Below are positions 1 through 14,100 of a stretch of DNA of 64,000 nt, in pieces. The DNA comes from Catajapyx aquilonaris (taxonomy: Eukaryota). The position numbers were made by a program, and so were the translations under genes. Within the stretch, counting starts at the first letter, position 1. Each line of letters begins with the position of its first letter. The stretch spans positions 62,001 to 126,000 of the forward strand of contig KZ538060.1 in the NCBI GenBank assembly GCA_000934665.2, read 5' to 3'. Under the pieces are notes generated by a model, which was given only the letters and a program-made list of their open reading frames with translations, searched no databases and had not been told where the DNA came from.

Positions 1-1523
1 CGGATATTGCATCATGAACGGGGCGAGAATATTGACCTAGAGCTATTGTGTGGATAAAAGTGTCGCCATTTCATCCCCGGGTGTAGTAGGTATACTCTAC
101 CTGGCTGTGGCTGCAGCAGCTGCACCTGGTGGGGGGTAAAAAAATCAATAGCCGGCCCCAGAACAAACGAACCCTCTCCCTTGATGATGCAGATGCCGAC
201 GTCCCCCAAGCCTTCATTACATCCCCAACACCCATTGCCATCAGCCCCATCTCATAATTCGATATACTAAGGAGTTAACTCTCGACAAAGAAGCACTTTA
301 CAGGTTGGCAGTTTTGCCGAGAGATGGCGTGGATGTGAGATGAGGCTAGTTGTGAGATGGCCAGAGATGAGGCTACAGTACACCTGCTTAAAAATTTAAT
401 GAAGTGATAGTTGTTTGTTATAGGGCTCATTTGGTTTCCACCAGGATCCTGACATGGAATGAGGTATAAAAGCACAAAGCTTTATTGTGGGCATAACGCA
501 ATGAATGAGCAATTACAGAGTACTGTGTAAAACGCAATTTTGCACTCTGTGACATTTGCCTATTAAAATAACTCGCAATATTATTAGGTGCGGATTTTAG
601 CAGGAATTAGTGTTTTTCACAAAGCGTTTGGAGTCCTCCTATGCGACATTATATTCCATTGGACAATATATTGTGCGCTGTACTTCATATCCATGATCAT
701 AATTGTACTTACACAACTCCTACGAAATATTGCAACATCTAAGATGTCGTCAGCTTTATTCCAACTCTATCAGACTGTTGCATCATGGTCTAAAATTACA
801 ACAGAGTCATCCTGGGTGAATGGATTGCTAAATAAGGAAGGATAATTCCAGAACCTATCCTTATGTATTAATAGACTCGAGAGTTAATGCCGTGAAAATT
901 ACTCCTGGAGCACGCACACAAATTCGACAATTTCCCTCCGTTGGTTATGGATATATTACCAGGGTTTGCTCGTTTGACCTTTCATGACTGACAATCCACC
1001 TGGGCCTTATCTTCTAGCTATCTTCACGAATCCTTCCTGCCATTACATTACCCATCACTCACCCTACCTGATAAATGTGTTATTAGACCCGCAAATGAAT
1101 GGGTTCAGTCCCCTTCCAGACAGAACCGGAACTCGACCACCATTCCCTGCCTTTGCGACACATCCGACCTGAATATTGTCTCAAGCTTTCCCCAGTACTC
1201 GACAAGTTTCGCCATGCAGCGACACCACGGGCAATTCGTTCTAGTGCTCGAGCAAACATCCTCCAAACTCATTAAACAACCAGAATCCCTAAATCTATTG
1301 ACATAATTGGGAGCCGCCTTCCTGGAAACAAGACATTTCAACAAGGGAGATAAGGCGCGCCATATGACCGAGTTTGGCCCCAGATGGGCCCTACGACATT
1401 CAAGTTGGAAGTTTCGAGTGTTGAAGCACTCACTTCCTCATCCACAGGTCCAATTATAGCTACTATCTGGTCCTGATTATCATCGTCAACGGTCTTTTAC
1501 GTTGCTCACGCTTGAATATTATT

Positions 1524-1612
1524 TTTTTAACGGTTTTACAGGGCGAACCCGTTTTGACCGTTTAACGGTTTTAATGCCCAAATCTTTTTGACCGTTTAAC
1601 CGTTTTCAACGG
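1524..1612. repeat. Degenerate TTAACGGTTT/TTGACCGTTT simple satellite
   Basis: Several units, including a duplicated TTTTGACCGTTTAAC(G/C)GTTTT. Confidence 0.6.
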
Positions 1613-4247
1613 CGAAACTTCTTGGCATGGTCTATATGTCGCAAATGGCTTAATGACCTGAAACGTTTAGGTCATGTCAGTAGTATTGCCATCCATCATA
1701 TTGCAACGCGGCCTCCCAAGGCACCATGTTTTATTAAGTCAGAAGCATGAAGGCCTGGCCCACTATTCAAGTCAACACTGTGTCCCTCAGTCACGACTTA
1801 TAGTCATTAAATTTCAGGCAAAATATGCAAATATTAGCTCCCCATCTTTAGATACAATTACTTCAAGTCATTCTGAAGTGTGGTTCACGTATTATCCAAA
1901 GAATGTGACCATCTGTTCTCTCTGTGCTCCTGTAACCGGAACCAACATAGTTTCTATAACACTCACCATTTTCATTCTAACTTCCAAGGACGCCCAGACT
2001 TGACCTTGAACCATCTGATATTCAGGCCTATAGATCATAGACCCCTCCAGGACCTATAAATAGACATAATTATTGTCGTTAGATAGATGTCGGAGATTAC
2101 ATTTCTCGAGTGTAGGCAGGTTGATAATGCTGTACGAGAAGAGACTTTCGCTGAAAATAGTGACATGATATTACGTAAAGCACAATATTTCCATGATGGC
2201 GACGTTTTCCCTTTTATAAAACTGAAAGTGACATTTCGAGCCAAAATAAATTCCAGCTTACTGTACTGTACTTAGTGCCTGTCAAATCTATAACACGACA
2301 GAAGATGAGGGTTAGACCTAATATGGTAAAAACACATCACTGGCAGACAAAATTACGCCTACTGGTACCGTATATCAAGCACTAATTTTCACATACAAAC
2401 ATTCTGTATATGAGAGTTCTAATGCATTCTTGCAAATAAGTGCTGTGACTAGTGCTACTCTTACGTCAAATTAAATTATTGCTAATATTATGCGTTGGAG
2501 GCATTGTTACTGTAATATACAAAAGATCTATGATCGCTGTAACGTGAAAGTGAAGTATCGTCATCTGTGACGCCATACACTGAGCTCATTTCCATGTCAG
2601 AAACGACAGGTGCTAAAGGATATGGAAAAAAAAACCTGTGGCTGTTTTGCAAAAAAAAAGTAGACTAAAAATAAGCCACATTAGGATAAAATATGCGAAC
2701 TGCAGGCTTTCAAAAACATTGTCGGGTTACATTGCTAACCCAGTGTTCAGTAGTTCAGAAGACCACACTGCATCACAACTCAAAGCAATAAACGAGTGCC
2801 CTCATTGTTAGACGGACATGTTTGCTTATCACTTCATGCAATATTTCAAGTATATATACAGTCTGGTGAGTGTCATGTTTCCTTCTCCAATTATTGCTTT
2901 CCTATATTTCAAAAAACAGCTAATTGTAACTTATTTATTGGTGCTAAAATGGCTAGTTTCAATAGGAACAAGCGCATCTGCAGAGAGCTTAATATTTAAT
3001 GCAAGAATCAGACCTGGTGCACATTACGCAACAGCGATGTACTGTATATCTTCCTACAGCAAGTAAGGATATGCCGTGAACTGCTCGGGGGACAACCACT
3101 CTGCAACATTAAGCCTTTCTTATCTCTGGTTTCAAAATCCGCAGACACATACTGAAGTTGCTTCTGAAATTACTCCGAGTTCTGAGTGGCTGTACACAAC
3201 TTAATATCTCCGGACGATTTTGGCAAACTGTATATATATACCGTAGATATGAGTATATATATTCGGAATGGAAATGAAGGGTAAACTGGTGCTAGAGCTA
3301 GAGAATTTAGAAGTAACTCTCTGGGCGATCAATGGGCTGCAGTGTGGGTGTGGTCGGCTATAGAAATCAGAGCTTCCGGCACACTAGTGACGTCATTCCA
3401 CGCCAAACTCACTCGAGGGAACTCCGCAGACTTAACTTAATGTGCGCTCAGGGCCTACGCCAAATCGTTACGTCACGGGGGTATTTCACTTTTTGTCTGT
3501 CCAGGATCGCTAACGTCAATCCTCATTTTGATATCATCCACTTGACCTTGGCCCGCCAAAGATATATGTGAAAGTGATCAAAATCATAATCGTCCCTGAA
3601 TATATTTTTGTAATTAACATAATGTCATATTCATTCTGTTCAGCTGTTTTTACATATTCGTGTAAGATATCGCTACCACTTTTGGTTGTCTATCAAAAAT
3701 GGTGAGCCCCAAATTTGGCAAATGGTTCAGTCTGGAAATACCTAACTGTGAGTAGAAAAAAAAAAATTGGCAGCTCCAAATCTTTCCGGGAAAGAACACT
3801 CTAAACCGAGATTCCTCGAGAGCAGTCGCGTGAATCCATTTTCGTCCTGTACTGCTATACTTTTGCGAAAACGACGTCCGTCAGACACGCATCCAGAAAA
3901 TACCCATTTGAGAAGAAAAAAACTCCCACCTATTACAGTTTTCGATATCCCTTTTTCGGCTGAAAACGCAGCAAATGGGACTCTTAGGAAGGAAAAAAAT
4001 TTTATACCAAAGTGCAAGAAGAAAGAGGTTATGGCCCACAAAGAAAATGCCGGAACTCGCATTCAAGCCTGGAGCATTCAAATTCAATTTCCGCCACTGA
4101 CACCTTTTGCCAGACAAGACCCGCCTTTGAACTCTGCCAAATTTCAAAAGGCAAACAGCCAGAAAATTTTTCCGTTTTTTTTTTTTAAGTTCCTTGTACC
4201 GCATTAACTTCTGTTGTATCCAAAGACTCCAACCGCCACTAATTCCT

Positions 4248-4273
4248 CCTCCCATCCACCAGAGGCGCTGCCT
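4248..4273 (-). repeat. 26-bp fragment of the same dispersed repeat
   Basis: Exact reverse complement of 5458-5483. Confidence 0.8.
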
Positions 4274-5091
4274 CCCATATCAGCTACATCAGGAGACAAA
4301 AACCTATATTAGTTCTTGTGCGACGGGGAATGAGGACAGTTGGACCCTGTGTTGACTTTAGGGGCTTGTGCACTGCATATTTCATAGCTGTACCTCGCAG
4401 TCTGATTGATTACTATTCAGAGCCAGCTCCATTTTTGCCAAATGAACCCCCTCACGAGCGGCACTCGAATCACGACACGGGAGATTTATAAGCACCTACG
4501 GGGTCACAAATTGAACGGCAGACTACTTTTCCTTGCCCAGCCTAATGAATACGTACCCTTTTGTCACGTCTGAGGACACGCTTGGCTGCCCCAAGTGACA
4601 AGAGGCCATCCGCAAATTTATGGCAAAAATCTTCGAAACACGTGGGAGTCAAACTGGGAAAGACGCCATGACAGTGGCGTCACAAGATTGGGTTTACCAA
4701 TGCATCCTCCTCTTTTCTTTCTCTTTTTTTTGTTATGCGGGACTGCAAGCATCACATGGTGGACAAATGGGCTGAGTTGACGCTTGTGAGGATCAAATGG
4801 GCCATGGCTGTTCTTTTCCACGCCTCCCCTTTTTCGGACATGACTGATCCTTCGCCCCTAGTCTACAAAGAAACTTTCCTTTTTTTTGTTGCTTTCTATC
4901 CAGATGCCAATTTGTGGCGTCAGAGTGCAGGGGAGTCGATTTTGGAGGATTTCCAAGGAATAGTGATGTAAACCAGATGACCACTTTTGGGACACTAATT
5001 AAGGGGTCAAAATGGCTTCTGTCCGGTTAAACATCACAGAGTACCCACCACTCTAGTTTCGGAAGAAAAATTATCAACTGATTCTAATAGC

Positions 5092-5123
5092 AATAAATAA
5101 ATAAATAAATAAATAAATAAATA
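5092..5123. repeat. (AAAT)~8 microsatellite
   Basis: Read directly. Confidence 0.95.
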
Positions 5124-5127
5124 TTAT

Positions 5128-5497
5128 TAAAAGCCTTTGTTGTTTGTGTATGCATTCTGATTGGTCCGCCGCATTATTGTCGTTACTGCCACGCTTCCGA
5201 TTGGGCCCCGTGTATTGTTACCGCGAAGCTTTCGATTGACCCCCGTTCAGCGCATGCGCAGTGGGTGGAGGAACTCCTCAGTCGCTAGCTGGCTGTCGAC
5301 GAGTTAACACCACGGGTCGTCACTCCCGTCTACCCACACCTGACCCACACCCTGTATTGTTGGTCAGTTGGAACCACTGTGAAGTTGTTGACCTAGCATT
5401 CTGATTGGTCCACCGCATATTGTTGTCACTATTGGCCCAGTGCGTCTGCGCATGTGCAGGCAGCGCCTCTGGTGGATGGGAGGGATAAATTCGCTAG
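5128..5497 (+). mobile_element. Dispersed repeat family copy (GATTGG sub-repeats, ending AGGCAGCGCCTCTGGTGGATGGGAGG...CTAG); possibly a non-autonomous Helitron
   Basis: It shares sequence with 4248-4273 (-), 23561-23660 (-) and 33909-33980 (+). Internal sub-repeats of about 40 bp read C(A/T)T(T/C)C(T/C)GATTGG. Confidence 0.6.
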
Positions 5498-6061
5498 TCC
5501 AATTTTAAAATCGACTGGCTACCTCAAGGTTAATGTGGAAAATTAATATTAGTGGCGCCATTTAATTGGCGAAATAGTGCGGGACTTATCACACTTGTCC
5601 ACAGACCCGGTTCTCAAGGTATATCCAGATAAGTCCGGACAGCAAAGGCGTGGGACTTCCATAATTCCTGGGCCTATCTCGCCTTCGTGACGTCCAACGG
5701 TTTACAACCTCTTACACAAGCCGGATCCTTTACTCGCAACAAATTTTGGTCGCTCAAAAAAAATTAAGGTAATGAAGAAATTTTTATCTGTGATTAACGA
5801 CCCAGTGTTAATTTCCCGGAAGGGCATATTTACGCCTTGAAAAAACACCCAGACTTTTGCAACCTTCTGGAGAAAGTCCTGGTCCTTAAATCAGGACACG
5901 TGAAGTAACCAACGTACGTGCACGGAGACGACACGATGCACGCGAATGATTGCGTTGCCGCAACGACTATTAAGCCGCAAAGTTCCTTCGCCTGTTTTTT
6001 TTTCGAGATATCACGGCCATATTGACCCGGAGTTCCGGAAGTAGTCGTGCCAGATTCCGTA

Positions 6062-6144
6062 TACAGTGTGAGTCAGTTTGCCCCAAAACATAGGGTCAAT
6101 CTACCCATTTACTGTTGGATGACAGTTTTGACTCACCCTGTGTA
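6062..6144. mobile_element. Degenerate Tc1/mariner-type MITE remnant
   Basis: TACAGTGTGAGTCA ... TGACTCACCCTGTGTA form inverted ends resembling TA-CAGGGTG-type TIRs. Confidence 0.4.
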
Positions 6145-6589
6145 ATGGAGGCGGGAATTCTGGTTCATGCGTGGGTGCGTGTGAACCAGCCAGGTTCCTC
6201 TTCTCCAAGAGCATTTGGCCATGAATCTTGGAAATTGTGTAAACTTCATTAGTTTATCATAGTGTGGGAAGGGGACGTCATTTTAATTAGAACTGAGCCG
6301 TAATTAAAGTTGGAAGCAAATTAAATGCGTTTCTATGAGTTGAACATGTTGAGCTAGATACTACAGTCCCTTCCCCTTCCACTCCTCGACATCCTTCTTT
6401 CATATCTACCCCCAACTTGACCCCCGGAGTGAGGGACCCCCTACCAAGCACAATGGCCACACCCACAAATATTGAGTTCAAAACCAGCAAGTTTATCCTA
6501 TTGTTGGTATTTCCAACTGTCATGTCGCAAACAGTTTTAGCATCAATTTGAAAATCATCCAAGCAATTGAATCCAGCTTCCCCATTCCT

Positions 6590-6740
6590 GACCACATGGG
6601 CTTCGTCCGCAATTGTTGTTCCCGGTAGCCAATTATTATCGGAACAAAGTCTGGTCTAGATCCGCATGACCGATCCTGAATCTGTTAATTGAGTTTGTGC
6701 GTGATACTGATGTCGGTTCTAGATATGGCTCCACTCTTTT
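6590..6740 (-). pseudogene. Possible decayed Merlin/ISXO2-like transposase fragment
   Basis: The minus strand gives GAISRT...*QIQDRS....FVPII and, after a frameshift, WLPGTTIADE. This recalls the VxDRSxxTLxPIIxxxIxPGTTIxSD motif. It is interrupted and short. Confidence 0.3.
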
Positions 6741-9700
6741 CTTTTTCAAATTCAAGGCCTCTCGCACATGTAAAAATACATACATAATATCGAATTTGGC
6801 CTTTCATCTGAAATGAGGTGGCGTGGCAGCTCATAATAACTGTCGATGTTCTAGAAGAAGACAAAAAAAAAACGTTGGTTGCTATTTTGGAACCCACGCA
6901 GTATAATGTACTCTGAAGAAGACGTATCCATGTTTGGTATATGAAAATAATTCGGGGGCGTAACTTTGGCTTGTCGGTTTAACTGACCACCTTTGTAACT
7001 GGGACACGATATGACATTGGGACTACCTGAGGGCTCGTTTTTCGAGGGAAAAAGGCACGAAAAGGTGTGTTTGGGGGATGGTCTGAATGACCATCAATCG
7101 TGGTCGCTGATCTGTTGACGTCATGCAAGCAGTGATGTATAGTGTTTGGCAGGCTATACTGCAAGTAGGCTGAGTCTTAGAATATTGATTTTCAAAATAG
7201 TTTTTATGACATGGTTCACTTAAAATCTAATAATGAATTTATAAGCTCTTCGTGTGGTGGACAAAATGTTGAGTAAGCAGAAAGTATGAAATGATTAATT
7301 TTTAATTCCAATATACGTATATTTTCTTGTAATTTATTCAACATGGTACTTTGCTGAAAGTCTTTCATTATGTATCAAAATTCGCATTGCTGATTGATAA
7401 AAAAATTGTACCTAATATTAGCAGGTCGTGGACCTCACTTTCGCCACTAAATATATCGCAATATTGGGGGCTACTTAAATTCTCATAAGCAATGAAATAA
7501 AGCAAATACGATATAACTCCCGGAACGTATGATGACATATCGGTAAAGCCTATTGACCACAAAGTGTGCTCATCAGTTATGGAAATAAAATGTTGCATAT
7601 TGAATTACAAACGCTATAAATATCATTTAGCTACATGTGCAATTTTTTTGAATCCGTATGAAGCATGGTCTGGAAAATATGAGTACCTGTCCCTGCAAAC
7701 GTTCCAATTGCGATAGCTTCTGACAGGCTCTATGAATCGGAAAACTGGTTACAGTCTGCCGAGGCTTGTTACAAACTAAACTGTAAGTACACTCTATGCC
7801 CGAAGCGAGCGATTTCGATTGCGTGTCCTGGTTGAATGTTTGTATGCATATTGAAGTCATAATAATTATGCTTCTGGTTCTACATTCATTTTCATTTCAA
7901 CAACTTTTTGGGACTTTGGGAACTCTCATGTGCAGTCGGACATTATGGTGTGTCCTTCACCACCATTACTTGAGAGACAAGTAACTTATAGTTCGATTAT
8001 TGTTCTATCAGTCATAATGTGACATTTACATTTCCTCCCAATTATTGCTATCTGGTCCTGAATATCGAAACATTATGAAAAACTCTACTGCCTATCGTTA
8101 TCCAACGTGCACGAACAAGGGAGTTCGCCCATTTATCATAAATCAATATTCGCACAAACTAATGTACATTTGATGCGTTGATTTTCACATCTAACTGCAA
8201 GTGTAATGAGTTACAAAGAGCTGCTTCTAATTACACTACCTTGCAATGATTGATGACCTAACCTAATTCGAGAGCTCTTCAGATATGCTTTCCATTTTTC
8301 CATATCACTTTCGATTTTCCCTACATTTTCCTTACATCACTTTCTTTACACTGCACTGTAACATTTAAAGGTGTATCCTGGCTTGTATGTAACCGCATCC
8401 AAGTAACACCGTGAGCATAAGCTGCAGGTGCACAAAACGCACTGTAATCAACCACAGCCTTGAATTACTTAAGTAGGCCTACAGTATAACCTGAAGTCAA
8501 CAGCACAAATTCTAGGAAATGATAAATGTACAGTATGCCTATATCAGTAGTGTAGGCTATAAATAACTTGTTCTCATTCCGTCAGCGAACCTTCACATAC
8601 TAATATAATTATAATTATACGCGTGTTGTAATACATATTATATTATTAGTTACATAATATGAAGGCAATCATACGGATGCATAGTTGAAGTATTGCACGA
8701 ATAAAGCATGTTCCATGGTAATATTACTGAATACTGGTAGGATACACAATAGGAGACTCAGTGGGAGGAGATTCAGACATATTGAATAATGCGCCTAATG
8801 TAACATGAATACTACAGTGTATATCTACTGGACGTGGACTGCTTAATTTATGGCCAATTAAAACCCAACACTCATACTCTGCATTAATAGGCAAAAATGT
8901 CTCGACATGGTGCAGGACATGTTTAAATTTATTCACTGGCAATTAAAATCTAAAATTAAGGTTAATATTCACTTTTTAAAGCGATATTGAATGCGATATT
9001 TTTTTATTATTAGCAATTACTGCGCGTTCAGTGGGAGTCACGATTGCAATCTCCCTTTTTCAGGAAGAAAGATAATGGCAGCATAGTCATGTAACAAGAG
9101 TAATTAGCCGCCTGGTATTTTTAAACTCAACATGCCGCGCTTGGAAAGTATTTTAAAAAGGAAAAGAAAAAAACCCGATTGAGGGCGACACATTTCCATA
9201 AATATCCTCCACATTGTCCTGCTCTTGAAACTTCACTCTCAGTGTCGTATAGCCTGGCAGCGTAATAGTAAGCTATCATGAAACTTTCGTGCAAGTATTG
9301 CCACAAAAAAATGACCCGGAGAACATAATGGCGTTCATACAATAGCAGCATGCGATTTGTGCCACTGAAAATTGGTTTGCATAGGTAATTCCAGGTAAAT
9401 GTATAAAAATCATCAGAGTGAACATAGTGTGCAAAAACCGCGACCATGCGTCGCAACCGGTTTGAGCTTAAAACTACGCATTGCGAACCTAACCACAATC
9501 GCATCAGAGCCATTAAATCCGACGTAACACACTTAATTTCCTCCTCCCCTCGCAATTTTACAAACTCTTTATCGGCTATAAAAAATAATTTATGGTTTGG
9601 GTGTCGAGCGTGGCAGGTAAAGCAGCCAAGTGCAGATGTGATGTAGTTACGCCTTGTTGCTGACGTCAAGTAGTCTGCAATTGGGCGTGGATTGAATCAC

Positions 9701-10827
9701 GTGGGAAGGCCACGGCCCGCAGTGGCCGAGCCCCGGGGACCCATCGCTTCCAATGGATCTAGCTGCTTTTCGATGCCAGTTCAAACCTACGTGGGCGAAA
9801 CATATGCCTATACTCATAGGTTAGGCGCAATTGCAAAATTACAGTACTCCAAGTACATTATTACACCCCATAAATGGGCATAAAAGGTGAAGGACAGTTC
9901 TTTAAAACGATCAATTTGTGTACCGTAACTTAAGGATTCCATACTCCTGAGAACCCTGGTACAGTATACTGTACTTTTGTCATACGCCACTAGGGATGTA
10001 ATACTACACATGAGAATATCCAGGAACACTTGCTAAACACAAGAATATCATCCAGATATCATCCATATAAACACATCAGCCCTCATGAATTGTCGATGTG
10101 GAAAATTTGCGTATATGGCGTGATATATTCCAATGGATTCGATATAAAATTCTGATAGTGTCGTCCTTGAAAACGTGGGACGTGACGTGTACGCAAAAAA
10201 GGGGCAAGTCAATTTCAACCATCCTTCTTCCTCCAGGGAGCAGATTTATGGCACGAGGTTTGCCCCACCCACGCCACACAAGAGCACAACAGACCCCCAG
10301 CAGATTTACGGCTAACATTCAGAATGCATGCTCCCTGGTGCAAATATTTATGCTAGAACAGATTTTGAGGTGGCTCGCAAATTTACCAAAAAAGTTGGGT
10401 AAGTTTGGTCACGTCCAAGGAAAGGTTCAGAAGGTTTTGGTCCTTTAATAAGAAGTATAGCTACCGACGACATCTCAGATGCTGCCCTAGCGAGCAATAA
10501 GCGCCAGGTATCTCCCCAGGTATCTGCCAGAGGGAATAATGTCCTGGCCTCTTAATTGCATTTCGCGCTTCGGACGAGCATATCAATGGGTCCTCACAGC
10601 TCGTTAGAAACACAATTACACAGTGGGCAGGCACTGGGAATTTAGCATCGGGGCCGGATGTCAAAGTCGAACTTACTTGTCAAGAGGACTTAAATGTGTC
10701 ACATACTAATGTTCGTCTGTAATGTCAACATGTACTGGCCAACTGGGACCAAAAGACATTGTTTTCGATCAAATTATTTCACAAAAACGTATATGTTTGA
10801 CTAGAGCTGTATTAAGGCACACGGATC

Positions 10828-11189
10828 AGCCAATGGGAATGAACCGGGCGAGTCTTTAGCCAACAGGAGTGAGCCGGACGAGTCTTCGGTCAATAGGAGT
10901 AAACCGGACGAGTCTTCGGCCAATAGGAGTGAGCCGGACGAGACTTCGGCCAATAGGAGTGAACCGAGCGGGTCTTCAGCCAATTCTAATTAACCGGACG
11001 AGTCTTTAGCCAACAGGAGTGAGCCGGACGACTTCAGCCAATAGGAATGAACCGAGCGAGTCTTCAGCCAACAGGAGTGAGCCGGACGAGTCTTCGGCCA
11101 ATAGGAGTGAACCGAGCGGGTCTTCAGCCAATTCTAATTAACCGTACGAGTCTTCAGCCAATGGGAATGAATCGGACGAGTCTTTAGCC
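10828..11189. repeat. 30-bp minisatellite, 12 units (consensus AGCCAATAGGAGTGARCCGGACGAGTCTTC)
   Basis: Tandem units read directly; one unit is 28 bp. Confidence 0.95.
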
Positions 11190-14100
11190 TATCCCGTTCC
11201 TATACTCTTTCGAAGTGAGCGAAGCCCGTCTCTTGGAATGATGGATGCTACATTTTTGACAAAAGCGCCACAAGTGGGCTAGTAGTACCAGGCAGTGTTT
11301 GGCACACCTAAAATGGCTCTAAATGAGGCTATTTGTTGATGTCAAACCCTGCTTCCGAAAGGGTGCCTTTTGAACTTTCAGCAGGAAAAGTGATACACGC
11401 CCATCATCAAAGGGCATACCTGATGTGTGGGTATTTGCGTGTATGTCCACCTCAAAGCAGTAAAAAAAAACTATAGAAGGTGATGCACCAAACTGTACGG
11501 GACCAATCGGTGGCTCCTCTACTGATCCTGCGATTCCTTGATCCGGATCATTTTGAAAGGGAAGCCTCCCATGGGATCTTCCTTGACTCGCTTTTGCTGA
11601 CGTCTCTCGGTTCGGATTATTTGAGTCTGCGGCGACACCTCATTTCACGCCCAAATGAGAGGAGAACGAGATGCAACTCGGGATTAGTCAAGGATAGGCC
11701 AGCAACTCTCTGCTGTCAACAACTGTCACCCGTGAAATATATCTACATGCGGGACTGTACAGTGTACAATCTGCACGAAACACTAAGACAACGAGGTCAA
11801 ATCAAGCTAAAAATAGCAATAAAATGTATATATACGTCACAGTTGTATACAGTTCAAGTATACATATTTTAATAAAATCATTACGCAATGCGAAGTTCCG
11901 TGCCTGGCAGGGCCACAGATGACACTCACACAACATTTGTCATATGAACTCCAACAGGACTGTAGATTAGCAAAATACTCAACGATATGATTTCTGTCAT
12001 TCGTCTTTGGCTTCAAATAAAGAAACCATATGAAGACAACTAGAACTAAATTGAGTTGCAGCAAATATATCTTCGGAAAACTTCATCGACTTTGACTCAA
12101 TGCTATTTCGGTTACCGCCTACACGGACTGTACAGTTAAATCACATTAGTTATTTTGATATGTATAAGATTCGGTACACTCTAGAAAATCTACTGGCTTA
12201 ATTTAGATTGCAAGTTTTAAAAATGCAATCATGCAAATTGAGCAAAACCTATTTTGAATGCAGGTGACCTGTAAGCCGATCTATACCAAATTGTTTCGTT
12301 TTTTTTTCCAGAACTACCTGTCTGGTAAATGTCGCAAATAATGCTGGTGAAGCCTTAGATGAAATGAATTGGAACGTTACATAATATTAATCGGATCACA
12401 GAATATCCCAGTTCGACTTGCTGCATAATTAAATCTCTTGTACTGTAGGGAACCTTGTAGTTCAAGATTGTCAAATACTTAAAAATGAGACATTTTTCTA
12501 TCTAATCATGACAGTAGTGGTACATGTACATTAATATTTTTAAAATGCAGACACACCGGTGGAAATACATGTGCGCATTACCCTACAAAGAACAATGGAC
12601 ACGAGTCAAAGGTGCATCTACCCCCACTAAATTGACTCCAGAATTACTGTCATTGTCGTAGCAAGGCGATCCCCAGGGTAACATAAGAGCTAGTTAAGTC
12701 ACTCACTTCACTGACTCCACAATTAACAAGGTACAACGTCCCATACCCTCTGCCACATTTCACTTGTCCTAACTAACAATTTGGACTATGCGAATCTATA
12801 GTTCCAATTAAGGTCTATTTTTGACATACGTTCCTAGACTAGTCACCTTAATCCCCCCACATTACTAGAGATGTCAATACCTTTAAACCCAATAAGTAAC
12901 GTCCTTTTCCTCCTGTTCACAAGAATAGCTGTGCTCAACAATAATACACCCCACCACCCCCTAGCACCCCCGCCAGTTGGATTTACGTCATTAGTCGTAA
13001 CTTGCGGCAGAAAAAAAGAAAAAAAAAAGAAATTGCAGCCAGTGTTGCTTTGTTCTGTGTGGGTGGGTGGAGATGGAATCGTGACGAGACTTGAACCCAT
13101 AAAACCAGGGTCTGTCTCCCTTACTTGGGGGGATAGTCTTCTCTTGCATTATTGCAGTCATCAACTCAAACGTGCACTAGTGTTCAATTAGTTCATATGA
13201 TTTTCCTCGCCCTTGGAGTTTGTCCAGGACACTATTTTTAAACTGAAAAATTTTTAGTCAAAAAAATACCAGGCTCATAAACAACTTTTCCGGGCAGTAA
13301 TTTCGTTACGGGCTGGCTTTAGTGCAGTATTAATTTTTATACCGGGTGGAAATCTGGCGAATGCAAAATGTAGGAGGGTTGCAGAATTACGTCAGGTAAT
13401 ACCAGTTGTAAAAGTGAAGAGATTTCCAACATTAAACCTATCTTTAGAGATCTCGGTACAAAGCGTTGGTGTCGATGGTAGGTGTGTTATTCCAATCATT
13501 TTGAACACGACTCCTACTGTACAGTGGTGCAATTAATATCCTTGTGTCCTAATCCGTATTAAGTTACACCCATCTGCAACTATTTTAAATGTCACTTTTC
13601 AACACTATTCAGAAATACAACTCAACAATTTGAGAATCTGTTTTGTACACTCCCACAATGGCATATACAATGCCAAACCAGAAGGTCGCAGTGTAAATGG
13701 CATCAAATTATTACCAGAAACATCAAAGGAAAGTACAAGTTAGGCCATTTTGAGGGAGCTCCATTATTCGGCGTGGAGTGGCAGTTAAACAATAGGCAAA
13801 AGCCTGCTATTCAACAACGGCTTGCGGCATTACGTTTCTGGGTCGGTACACAGTTTATTAACAGTATTTTCGTCTGAAAATTACGCAAGGTTGTGGAATC
13901 CAACGAACTAATATCAGTTGATTTTTTAAACAATGGGTAGGATTTTTGAAGACAACAAACAAGAACAAGAAGTATACAGCACAGTACAGCCAAATCACTT
14001 CCAAAAACAAGTCGCGTAATTGACTGTAGTGTGATTACACTGTGGCTGCATATCTAGGCTTTTAAGCCTAAATTCAATACTTTAGGTCCACCGACAAATC

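Noticed and set aside
9127..9669. Long ORFs here and at 3767-4207, 16692-17222 and 45456-45872
   Set aside because: No recognisable domains, atypical amino-acid composition, homopolymer runs and no convincing splice context.
10828..11189. CRISPR-like appearance of the 30-bp array, and its minus-strand ORF
   Set aside because: Units are contiguous with no unique spacers, there are no cas genes and the context is eukaryotic. The ORF merely reflects the 30-nt period.
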